Virus record (IMG/VR): IMGVR_UViG_3300043446_004613
Coordinates: 1-64,000 of that record
Strand: one strand, 5' to 3'
DNA length: 64,000 nt
The notes beneath the pieces were generated by a model, which was not told the origin of the DNA, did no database searches, and saw only the letters and a program-made list of their open reading frames with translations. This document shows, in pieces, positions 55,707-63,311 of the stretch. A program made the position numbers and the translations under genes. The stretch's first letter is position 1, and every line of letters starts with the position of its first letter.

Positions 55707-56165
55707 ATGATTGATAGTTCCACGTTTGATGCTCGGTTGAATACCTGCCGGGCCTGTGAATTTTGGCGCGGGGTATGCGTAAAAGGGCACGCTTTGCGGG
55801 GCGACCTAGGCTGTCCCGACAAGAAGTTTGAGGGCATAAATGGTGCCGGTTACGTAGTAAGCCTGCCTTTTGCAGAACGGCAGCTACCGGCAGTAAGCGC
55901 GTCAGGCTGCTGCGGTTCGGTAGCGGAGCAGGAGATAAAACCAATGTCGTGGCGACAGGTTTGGGATCATTTTACAGCGTCGATGAAGACGTGGTCAGCT
56001 TCTGGGTTTGAGCTTGCCGACAATAGCTTGTATCTGCACCGCTTGAGCGTTTGCCACAACTGTCCTAAAAGCCAGTACCAGTGGTATCAATGTCGTCAGT
56101 GTAAATGCCTTGTTTACACAAAAACAAAGTTGAGTACAGAAAGCTGCCCGCTTGGTTTCTGGTAG
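55707..56165 (+). CDS. Cys-rich protein with two metal-binding modules (DUF6171-like)
   Basis: R...C..C...C..C.C....K......CP...W. Confidence 0.65.
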   Translation: MIDSSTFDARLNTCRACEFWRGVCVKGHALRGDLGCPDKKFEGINGAGYVVSLPFAERQLPAVSASGCCGSVAEQEIKPMSWRQVWDHFTASMKTWSASGFELADNSLYLHRLSVCHNCPKSQYQWYQCRQCKCLVYTKTKLSTESCPLGFW

Positions 56166-56173
56166 TTAAAAGC

Positions 56174-56533
56174 ATGAAGTTTTACACATTTGCTGCTGTC
56201 ATCGCCGCGCTCGTTGTAGCGGCCATCTATTCCCACAACTGGGACTTGGCTATCAGCATCGTAACGCCAGTCATCGTTACGTCTATCGCGAAATACATCC
56301 CAAAACTTCCTAAATGGGCGCTTCCCGTGAGCACGCCGCTGATCGGAATGGTGCTCGGTATCGTGCTGGATAAGCTCGGAGCAGCTAGTCTCAGCTGGTT
56401 CGATACCGCCAAAGCTGGTGCGCTGGCGGTTTTTATACGTGAATCTTGGAACCAAGCTGTCACAAAGCAGATGGCTGAGCCTGACGCGCCTGCCCAAGTT
56501 CCCACCGTCACTTCGTCAGGTAGCAACGGCTGA
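56174..56533 (+). CDS. Multi-TM membrane protein, holin-like
   Basis: 3-4 hydrophobic segments; TAGTTA at 56163-56168. Confidence 0.55.
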   Translation: MKFYTFAAVIAALVVAAIYSHNWDLAISIVTPVIVTSIAKYIPKLPKWALPVSTPLIGMVLGIVLDKLGAASLSWFDTAKAGALAVFIRESWNQAVTKQMAEPDAPAQVPTVTSSGSNG

Positions 56534-57166
56534 AGTCAATATGCCATTGATAAACGTAAGCTGGTAGTGGGTTTGGCCGTTACGCGAATCACCGGCCCAA
56601 ACTGTGTATGTTCCGCTGAGGCCTATGCTCAATCTATTCATGGCTTGTTGAGCTACAGAACCAGCAGAAGTTGCAGTTACCTGTGCTTGTTGAGCTAAAT
56701 TCGTACCGGTAACAGCAATCTCATAAGCGGACTGAGCTAAATTCGTACCGGTAACAGCAATCTCATAAGCGGACTGAGCTAAATTCGTACCGGTAACAGC
56801 AATCTCATAAGCGGACTGAGCTAAATTCGTACCGGTAACAGCAATCTCATAAGCGGACTGAGCTAAATTCGTACCGGTAACAGCCAGTTCGTAGGCCAAG
56901 TCAGCGGTTGTTGTTCCGTTACTATCGCACGACGAGTACTCGTAAAGCAGCGACAGGATCGACCACTTGGATGACGTCTGCGGATTCTCGTTGGTGTTGT
57001 CTACAACGCAGATGTACATGGCACTACCGTAAGTGACAACGTCCATCTGGGATGCGCTGTATGCGGTAGAACCTGACCAAAGGCCGGTGTAGTTGTAATC
57101 ACCGACGTTGTCGACGTAACGCGTGGTCTTACTCGCGTCTGCAAAGCTGTATACACAGATGTTCAT
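56516..57166 (-). CDS. Fibre-like protein: CBM5/12-like domain plus 14-aa coiled repeats
   Basis: W...TAY....V.Y....Y.C......P.....W; (LAQSAYEIAVTGTN)n; FINGIL C-terminus. Confidence 0.65.
   Translation of the reverse strand: MNICVYSFADASKTTRYVDNVGDYNYTGLWSGSTAYSASQMDVVTYGSAMYICVVDNTNENPQTSSKWSILSLLYEYSSCDSNGTTTADLAYELAVTGTNLAQSAYEIAVTGTNLAQSAYEIAVTGTNLAQSAYEIAVTGTNLAQSAYEIAVTGTNLAQQAQVTATSAGSVAQQAMNRLSIGLSGTYTVWAGDSRNGQTHYQLTFINGILTSAVAT
56691..56884. repeat. 42-bp perfect tandem repeat, about 4.6 copies
   Basis: Unit tgagctaaattcgtaccggtaacagcaatctcataagcggac. Confidence 0.95.
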
Positions 57167-57324
57167 AAGCGCTGGAAAATCAATACAAGGTTGTTTAGGT
57201 GTACGAAAGTAGACGCAAGCGTATAACCAGCTACGGCGTTAATGTGGCACAGATCAGCAATCGCTTTATCAAGCTCAATTCCTGTCTTAGCCATATCGAT
57301 GCGTTGGACAACTACGTCGGTCAT
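57163..57324 (-). CDS. 53-aa protein (not in ORF track)
   Basis: MTDVVVQRIDMAK...LVLIFQRL; ATGA overlaps at both ends. Confidence 0.6.
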   Translation of the reverse strand: MTDVVVQRIDMAKTGIELDKAIADLCHINAVAGYTLASTFVHLNNLVLIFQRL

Positions 57325-57890
57325 TGGATAGCTCCTGTGCCTTTCAAAGCAGATTTGACGGTTTCAAGCTTAACCATCGAGGTATTGGCTTCCATCAGGA
57401 ACGCTACGAAATCGGCATATCCTGCCTGCTTAGCCGCCTCGTCAAATTTGGCGCGGTCAGTTGCATTTTTGTAGGCGTCAGACAGTTCGGCCTTGCTGGA
57501 CAGCGTCGAGGTGTTTACCGCAGGTATGCTATTCACTGATGAGGTAACGGCTTTGGCTACCGCCGGATCAAGCGCTCCATCAGCATCCTTGGCAAACATC
57601 AGCACGGACTGCTCAACCGCTTTCCGGCCTACCGCCATGCGTTGGTATAGGCCGCCATTGCCGGTGACGTTCCGGTAGTTGATCTCTGTGATCACGTCCG
57701 GGCCGTTGGTCGGTACGAGCGCAAATTCATTGCGGGCGTAGCCGAACTTCAGCTGATACATCTGAGTGCTTGGATTTTGAGACAGGTCAAAGCCAAGCAC
57801 AGTCTGGGTGCTGACCATCACTTTATTCTGAAGGGCTGAACAGCCGATCAGAAGCGCTGCGCCAACGCATGCAATCGCGGTTTTTACCAT
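57321..57890 (-). CDS. Lipoprotein
   Basis: LIGC lipobox. Confidence 0.7.
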   Translation of the reverse strand: MVKTAIACVGAALLIGCSALQNKVMVSTQTVLGFDLSQNPSTQMYQLKFGYARNEFALVPTNGPDVITEINYRNVTGNGGLYQRMAVGRKAVEQSVLMFAKDADGALDPAVAKAVTSSVNSIPAVNTSTLSSKAELSDAYKNATDRAKFDEAAKQAGYADFVAFLMEANTSMVKLETVKSALKGTGAIQ

Positions 57891-57891
57891 G

Positions 57892-58137
57892 TTACTTAAA
57901 ATCTTGAAACACGTAGCGGGTTTTTACTTCAGTGACCTCACTGGTTGCGTACCCGACGACACAGTTCACGGTAGGCTTTGTTAAAAAACCAAAACCGACG
58001 ACAGTCGTTTTTGTATTCACTACGTCGTACTGATTCGTTTTAATATCCGTCCAGCCGATGCCGACGATAGGCAGGCAGCGCTTGGAGGCGCACCCGCATA
58101 TAAGCAGGGATGCAGCACATATCAAAATCAGTCTCAC
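57892..58137 (-). CDS. Lipoprotein
   Basis: ICGC lipobox; TACTTA upstream. Confidence 0.6.
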   Translation of the reverse strand: MRLILICAASLLICGCASKRCLPIVGIGWTDIKTNQYDVVNTKTTVVGFGFLTKPTVNCVVGYATSEVTEVKTRYVFQDFK

Positions 58138-58141
58138 AACC

Positions 58142-58156
58142 TAAGTACGGTAGTTA
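58142..58156. promoter_or_regulatory. Back-to-back TACTTA(-)/TAGTTA(+) motifs
   Basis: 4 and 5 nt from the divergent starts. Confidence 0.6.
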
Positions 58157-58161
58157 TCTCG

Positions 58162-58578
58162 ATGAAACGCGTGTACACAGACAATCGGATGCCCGGTGTT
58201 GAGATCGTGAACCACGGAAAGGCCGTGTTTGAGGTCTATAAAGACAACCGACTCCACTCAGCTTTTGACTCGTATGAGCGCCCAGACGGCACGGTAACCG
58301 AAGAGTTTGCTTTCCGCCGTGCGACCAAATGGTTTGACCGTGTCTGTGAAACCGGCGAATTCAAGCGTGTTCAGATTCCAGACGATCTGGATCATACGGA
58401 TATTCTCAACTCAGCTGAGAAGGCTACTTCTCGTCAGATTGACGCGCTCATGGCGCAGGAAAAAGCTGAAACCGATCCCAACCGGAAAAGTCAGCTGCGG
58501 AAACGCTTATTGCAGATGATGGCGCAAGAAGAGTCATTGGCTGAATCCGTCGTCAGCCATCTACTCGAAGAGCGCTGA
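58162..58578 (+). CDS. Protein with C-terminal LLE tag
   Basis: Ends LAE|SVVSHLLEER. Confidence 0.6.
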   Translation: MKRVYTDNRMPGVEIVNHGKAVFEVYKDNRLHSAFDSYERPDGTVTEEFAFRRATKWFDRVCETGEFKRVQIPDDLDHTDILNSAEKATSRQIDALMAQEKAETDPNRKSQLRKRLLQMMAQEESLAESVVSHLLEER

Positions 58579-58777
58579 GTTTTTCAAGAAACGCGGCATA
58601 CGCACTGGCAGGTATAATAACGGAACTGCGTGTTCCACCGGTAAACTCGGTGATCCTAATAAAGCGTCCGCGATGATTTTCTTTAAGCGCGAACGTTAGC
58701 GTCTTGCGGTCAACCACAAGCTCCAGCACTTCCAAAGTGTGCTCTTGAGCGCTGTATTTATGCTGTTTACTCGACAT
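58553..58777 (-). CDS. PUR-family (DUF3276-like) ssDNA/RNA-binding protein
   Basis: RKT..F.LKEN.RGRF.RITE..GG.R..IIPA. Confidence 0.8.
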   Translation of the reverse strand: MSSKQHKYSAQEHTLEVLELVVDRKTLTFALKENHRGRFIRITEFTGGTRSSVIIPASAYAAFLEKLSALRVDG

Positions 58778-58796
58778 AAGATAAATACACCAAAAC

Positions 58797-59399
58797 ATGA
58801 AACAAATAGCCCTAGTATGCGTTGCAGCGATTTCACTGGTCGGCTGTACAACCTCAACCAAGAAAGTGGGTAACGTCGGCAGCACCGAATTTTACTCACT
58901 TCATTCTGGCAACTTTGACGGGCCTAACTTTACGGCGCTGGTCAGCAAGAACGCGGACGGTACCGTGGTCGTGAACTACGTATTCGGCAGCGCTGGTATC
59001 GGTTCATCCATCGTGTCCGCAGGCGGCCAGATTGCATCTTCAGCGGCTATGGGTGTATCGATGCCGCGCAGCGGAGACAACATCAGCGTAAACGGAGGCA
59101 CTGTAAACACCACGGCCAACGGCGGCAGTTCAACATCGTCATCAACATCAAGCAGCCACAGTTCAAGCCACAACAATAACTCAAACAACAGCAGTGCAAC
59201 CGGCGGTGCCGGTGGCTCTGGTGGCAACGGAGGATCAGGCGGTGCCGGTGGCTCTGGTGGCAACGGAGGATCAGGCGGTGCCGGTGGCTCTGGTGGCAAC
59301 GGCAATGGCGGTAATGGCAATGCAGGCGGCAATGGTAACAACGGTATTGGAAACGGTACCGATCCACAGCCTCCCGGCAACCCACCTCAGAACGATTAG
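58797..59399 (+). CDS. Gly/Ser-rich lipoprotein
   Basis: LVGC lipobox; GGAGGSGGNGGS repeats; C-terminal GNNGIGNGTDPQPPGNPPQND. Confidence 0.7.
   Translation: MKQIALVCVAAISLVGCTTSTKKVGNVGSTEFYSLHSGNFDGPNFTALVSKNADGTVVVNYVFGSAGIGSSIVSAGGQIASSAAMGVSMPRSGDNISVNGGTVNTTANGGSSTSSSTSSSHSSSHNNNSNNSSATGGAGGSGGNGGSGGAGGSGGNGGSGGAGGSGGNGNGGNGNAGGNGNNGIGNGTDPQPPGNPPQND
59202..59302. repeat. 36-bp tandem repeat, about 2.8 copies
   Basis: Unit ggcggtgccggtggctctggtggcaacggaggatca. Confidence 0.9.
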
Positions 59400-59926
59400 T
59401 GTTGTATCACGTGGCCCGGAATAGCGTGTCCGTGCTCGTCAAAGTATAGGCCGACTGTAGGCGGTACGATTGACGGACGATTTTCGTTAGCTACCGGCGC
59501 GGACTGAATGACTAAGATATTCGTAGTCACTACCGGCTGGAATAGCTGCACAACATTTGTAACCGTTACAGTGTGCGCTTCTACCGTTACATTCGTTATG
59601 TACGACATCACTGTATTCGTGGTGTAAACAGTTACGACGTTGGTTGATACGGTTGCCGCGCTAGGCACCGGTTTAAGTAGATCGGTTAGTGCGGTTAAAG
59701 GCAGTCCGTGGGTTCCTAGAAGCCATGAAAGTAGGCCGGTACCGAGCGCACCGGCAAGGCTACCGAGCAGCCGTTTAGGACTGGATGTGATCCAGAGCCA
59801 AAGACGTTTGATCCGCCGGAAAAGGAACTGCCAGAGATTGATTATGCTGTCCAGAAGCGCGTTGATGCGCGGGCAGACGAATGGACAAATTTGTTTACGC
59901 CGATTTGCAAGCCAGTTAAGGATCAT
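59396..59926 (-). CDS. Membrane protein with TN/V-rich beta segment
   Basis: One TM followed by TNVVTVYTTNTV... Confidence 0.55.
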   Translation of the reverse strand: MILNWLANRRKQICPFVCPRINALLDSIINLWQFLFRRIKRLWLWITSSPKRLLGSLAGALGTGLLSWLLGTHGLPLTALTDLLKPVPSAATVSTNVVTVYTTNTVMSYITNVTVEAHTVTVTNVVQLFQPVVTTNILVIQSAPVANENRPSIVPPTVGLYFDEHGHAIPGHVIQH

Positions 59927-60333
59927 TGCGGTTCTTGTGGTTTATACAGGCGAGTCACAGTCCAGTTCTCTGGGCTGCTCCACATATATGTCCACGAACT
60001 CGCGCCAACATAACTACCGTTGCTGTCGTAACCGGTCACGCTGACCAGCGTTTTGTCGTAACACGGTTCCAGCGAAAAGTGCGGCATGCTGTACAATCCG
60101 TACTGATTATACCCGTAAGCCGGGCCAGACGGAAAATAGCTGTTACTGTTTTTGACCACCATAACACAGCCATTCGTCAGATCGCACACGTAGTCGCCAT
60201 TTTGGTAGACTTTAAGCGTGTAACCGCTGTTGTTTACCAGCGTCGACTTTGGCAGTTCCAGCACGGTAGACGTATACTTGAATGAAGCGCATCCAGTCAG
60301 CAGGACAAGCGGCAGTAGCAGTAGTGTTTTCAC
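59923..60333 (-). CDS. Lipoprotein
   Basis: GTG start MKTLLLLPLVLLTGC. Confidence 0.65.
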   Translation of the reverse strand: MKTLLLLPLVLLTGCASFKYTSTVLELPKSTLVNNSGYTLKVYQNGDYVCDLTNGCVMVVKNSNSYFPSGPAYGYNQYGLYSMPHFSLEPCYDKTLVSVTGYDSNGSYVGASSWTYMWSSPENWTVTRLYKPQEPQ

Positions 60334-60530
60334 CGACGAACCTTTCCAGTGCCTTGGCACATGTCGCACGTATGCGGCGTGTCGCCGTAGCGTGCCATGA
60401 CCTCAGTAGAATAACGGCCTTCTCCGGCGCACTGAGGGCAGCGCCGACGGAAGGGCCAGCCGGTTAGTTCCCACATGACCCACATGCGGAACCGGTCGCG
60501 TAAATTTGAGATGGTGTAGCTGATGTTCAA
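60330..60530 (-). CDS. Small DnaJ-type Zn-finger protein
   Basis: CPQCAGEG and CDMCQGTG. Confidence 0.6.
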   Translation of the reverse strand: MNISYTISNLRDRFRMWVMWELTGWPFRRRCPQCAGEGRYSTEVMARYGDTPHTCDMCQGTGKVRR

Positions 60531-60979
60531 GAATGGTGTTTATGCTCGATGTCGACCACGGCCCCAGCTAAGCGCTGCGACTTTGCAGCCAGCCGGATGC
60601 GCCGGTCTGCCGCCGCGATTGCCCGACGTTCGCGACTGACTTTGAGTTTTTCTTTGCGTTCACGCGCACGCTCAAGCTGGGCACGCAGAGCGCGGTTACG
60701 GAGTCCCCATGCGTAGATGTCCTTCAGATTTAAGCGTACTTCTTGCCGCGTGCCTTTGGGGTAAAGCACCAGCTGGTCAACGGCGACAAGACCGACAACA
60801 AGTTTGCGGTGTTTATCACGGCCATACTGGCCTCCGAGCGTGTCGCGGGTTTGACGCCAGACATCGCTGGTAGCGACTTTGGTTTCAGGAGAGCCTTCAG
60901 CCGTGCGTTTGATGGTAAGTTTGCCGTTCGGGCCTTTGACCCGGACAGCGATAATTTTGGTTTTGCCGATCTCAATCAT
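60527..60979 (-). CDS. Hypothetical basic protein
   Basis: Start placed after the early promoter. Confidence 0.55.
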   Translation of the reverse strand: MIEIGKTKIIAVRVKGPNGKLTIKRTAEGSPETKVATSDVWRQTRDTLGGQYGRDKHRKLVVGLVAVDQLVLYPKGTRQEVRLNLKDIYAWGLRNRALRAQLERARERKEKLKVSRERRAIAAADRRIRLAAKSQRLAGAVVDIEHKHHS

Positions 60980-60988
60980 GCCGCATAG

Positions 60989-61016
60989 TGTATACAGCGG
61001 CATATAACGAGTCAAC
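60989..61016 (-). promoter_or_regulatory. Early sigma70-like promoter
   Basis: AAATTTTGGTGTTGAC-N14-TGTATACACT. Confidence 0.65.
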
Positions 61017-61024
61017 ACCAAAAT

Positions 61025-61321
61025 TTAATTATCCTCAAGCAGCACAGCAACAATCGACTGGGCGGACTCGCGCATGGACTTTTCACCACGACACTTCCAC
61101 TTCTTACGGGAAAGTGCGTTGGGGCTGTTGGGATCGTTGCGCCAGTTGCCCTTGATGTGTGCGGAGCGTGCGCAGTAGGCGTCACCCTTGCTCGTGCCGG
61201 GACGGATGCGGTCGCCGCCGTCCTTGGCCTTACCAGCCTGTCCGTAGCGGACAGTCTTAGTGCGACCTGTTTCCGGGTTTTTGACGACTTTCTTAAAACG
61301 TTTTTTGACGGTGTCAGCCAT
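61025..61321 (-). CDS. DUF6321-like basic protein with C-terminal LLE tag
   Basis: KTVRYGQAG...YCARS...SRKKWKC; ends MRE|SAQSIVAVLLEDN; TAGTTA upstream. Confidence 0.65.
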   Translation of the reverse strand: MADTVKKRFKKVVKNPETGRTKTVRYGQAGKAKDGGDRIRPGTSKGDAYCARSAHIKGNWRNDPNSPNALSRKKWKCRGEKSMRESAQSIVAVLLEDN

Positions 61322-61327
61322 AGCGCT

Positions 61328-62155
61328 CTAACTACGTATGGCCGATAATATTTTAATCACCCGGTCGATAATGTCCGCATCACCCGAGGTGGCGTAATCA
61401 TCTGCGTAGAGGACGTCGCAGATACGGTTATAGGCTGCCGTGGTCAGGCGACGCTCACCGTTTCGAGCAGGATATTCCGGCGAATTGGTGTAGTACTCCA
61501 GTTCGCGCAGGCGCTCGGCAATACGGCCCAGTCCGGCGACAGCATCGTCACGTCGATCGAGCGTGGATTGCCGACTTAAACGGCGCAGCTTTCGGGCAAT
61601 GACTTTCAAAAGCTGGATTATTTCCTGCCGAGCTTCGGCGTTATTCAGCGCTATTGCGTTCCAGCTTTCCGCGTTTCTTTTGGCTACGGAATCAGCAAAG
61701 TCACTTACGTAGTTCTCAGCGTCCACTTCATCTTCCAACAAGGTATTAGCCAATGACTCGACGTTGAAACGTTTACGTATGCCAGAAACGTGCTCCTGCT
61801 CTTTGGCAATCTCCATATCGCGACGCTCCGCGTATTTTTGGGCTAAGCGCTGGATAGCGGTTTTTATCGTAGCCTGTATACCGGCGGGCAGCTTGGCGGC
61901 ATGCAGCTTGCCGCCGATAAGACCGACGAAAGCTTCGTAAGCTTGCTCCGGCTCCAGTTCAAGGATGCGTTCAACAGTGGCCGGTTTAACTTCGACCTGC
62001 TTGCTTCCGAGATAGTTGTACAGCGCCTGTAGCACATTATCCGGGCGATCATCACGATCCAGCGCCTGTTTGAGCGCAAGGTACTGTGGCGTCCAAATAC
62101 CTGTTGGATTTGTCGGGCCGGACAAATCGCTAAAATTGGCAGCAAAAGCTTTCAT
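61328..62155 (-). CDS. Two-cassette LLE-tagged protein
   Basis: NVE|SLANTLLE|DEVDAENYVSD; TAGTTA at 62162-62167. Confidence 0.65.
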   Translation of the reverse strand: MKAFAANFSDLSGPTNPTGIWTPQYLALKQALDRDDRPDNVLQALYNYLGSKQVEVKPATVERILELEPEQAYEAFVGLIGGKLHAAKLPAGIQATIKTAIQRLAQKYAERRDMEIAKEQEHVSGIRKRFNVESLANTLLEDEVDAENYVSDFADSVAKRNAESWNAIALNNAEARQEIIQLLKVIARKLRRLSRQSTLDRRDDAVAGLGRIAERLRELEYYTNSPEYPARNGERRLTTAAYNRICDVLYADDYATSGDADIIDRVIKILSAIRS

Positions 62156-62164
62156 CTGGTGTAA

Positions 62165-62353
62165 CTACCAGTTCAGCGCATCTTCGTACTTGCGCATCAA
62201 CTGCTCGATATAGCCGCGTTCATCGTCAGTGTAATGCTCCTTGTCGAGGCTTTTAGCTATAAATTGCTGTTCAGATTCGGTCAACTCAAGCTCTGAGTCG
62301 GAGAGCTTTATCAAAAAGTTGCCGCGAATCTGGTCGGTGTCGTAGTAGCTCAT
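62165..62353 (-). CDS. Hypothetical protein
   Basis: Operon packing. Confidence 0.55.
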   Translation of the reverse strand: MSYYDTDQIRGNFLIKLSDSELELTESEQQFIAKSLDKEHYTDDERGYIEQLMRKYEDALNW

Positions 62354-62868
62354 TTTCGGATACTGCCGCTAATGTAGGACTTCAAGCCCGGTTTTTGGCG
62401 AACGTACATCTGATCTGTCACTGGCCGCCAGACCCGCAACTTAAAGCGGTGCTCAACCCGATTCCACATATCATCAAAAGGCGGCGTGCTGGCAGGATCG
62501 GTGTACTGCTTCGCCCATTCAGTCATGCGCCCGCGTGCGTAAGGTGAAACCCACATGGCGTGTGTACCCCATGATCCGGTTGGCCCGCAGCGACAAAGCA
62601 CGCCGATGTACACAAGATCGTGATCGTGACAGTGCTTCAGTGGGGCTAGAAAGTTATCGGCAACAATCAGGCAGTCATCCTCGAAAACAAGAACGTCTTC
62701 GTCTGGAGCTAGGCTATTGTAGATGCCGAAATGACTGCGGCGACAGCCTTCCCGGCCATCATCCATCATCACGGCAGGCCAGATTTGAGCGTTCGCACGT
62801 TGCACCAGTTGCTGCACCATGTCGGAACGCTCAGTACACTTAGTATCGTGTATAACGTACGTTTTCAC
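62350..62868 (-). CDS. Glycosyltransferase family 25-like
   Basis: YVI....ER, GC..SH, LVFEDD and GTHA motifs. Confidence 0.75.
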   Translation of the reverse strand: MKTYVIHDTKCTERSDMVQQLVQRANAQIWPAVMMDDGREGCRRSHFGIYNSLAPDEDVLVFEDDCLIVADNFLAPLKHCHDHDLVYIGVLCRCGPTGSWGTHAMWVSPYARGRMTEWAKQYTDPASTPPFDDMWNRVEHRFKLRVWRPVTDQMYVRQKPGLKSYISGSIRK

Positions 62869-62889
62869 AGGGTCTTCGATGTGACGTCG

Positions 62890-63126
62890 TCAAGACCAGT
62901 CAATAACGCACGGGCCGATGGCGTATACAGCCACTTTAGCTTTACGCTCTTGCGCGTCTGCGATGTAGGCAAACACGTCGGCGGATTTAAGCACAACACA
63001 CACCGGCTCATCACCCGGCGCAATACCTGTGTAGTCTTTGGCTATAAATCCGTTGGCTTCGCACATGCGCCAACGTGAAAGATCAGCGGCGGCGGCACTC
63101 AGTTTATTTTCAGTTTCTTTGTTCAT
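62890..63126 (-). CDS. Hypothetical protein
   Basis: Start MNKETEN with CTGTTCT 7 nt upstream. Confidence 0.55.
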   Translation of the reverse strand: MNKETENKLSAAAADLSRWRMCEANGFIAKDYTGIAPGDEPVCVVLKSADVFAYIADAQERKAKVAVYAIGPCVIDWS

Positions 63127-63311
63127 GTTTGATAGAACAGCATCTGGTTGATTTATTTCGTGCTTGTCAATGATTGACGTCAGGTTGAGCCATGAACGCG
63201 GCACCCTCGGCAGTTTTCATCCAGCGATCTAACCGGCTAAAATAGACCGGCACTTTCAACGGACGCTGAGGACGCTTAACTTTACGAAAAAATTCGCGCT
63301 CTGTTAGAGGT

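Noticed and set aside
56691-56884. 42-bp repeats as a CRISPR array
   Set aside because: The copies are directly tandem with no spacers, are in frame inside a CDS, and no cas genes are present.
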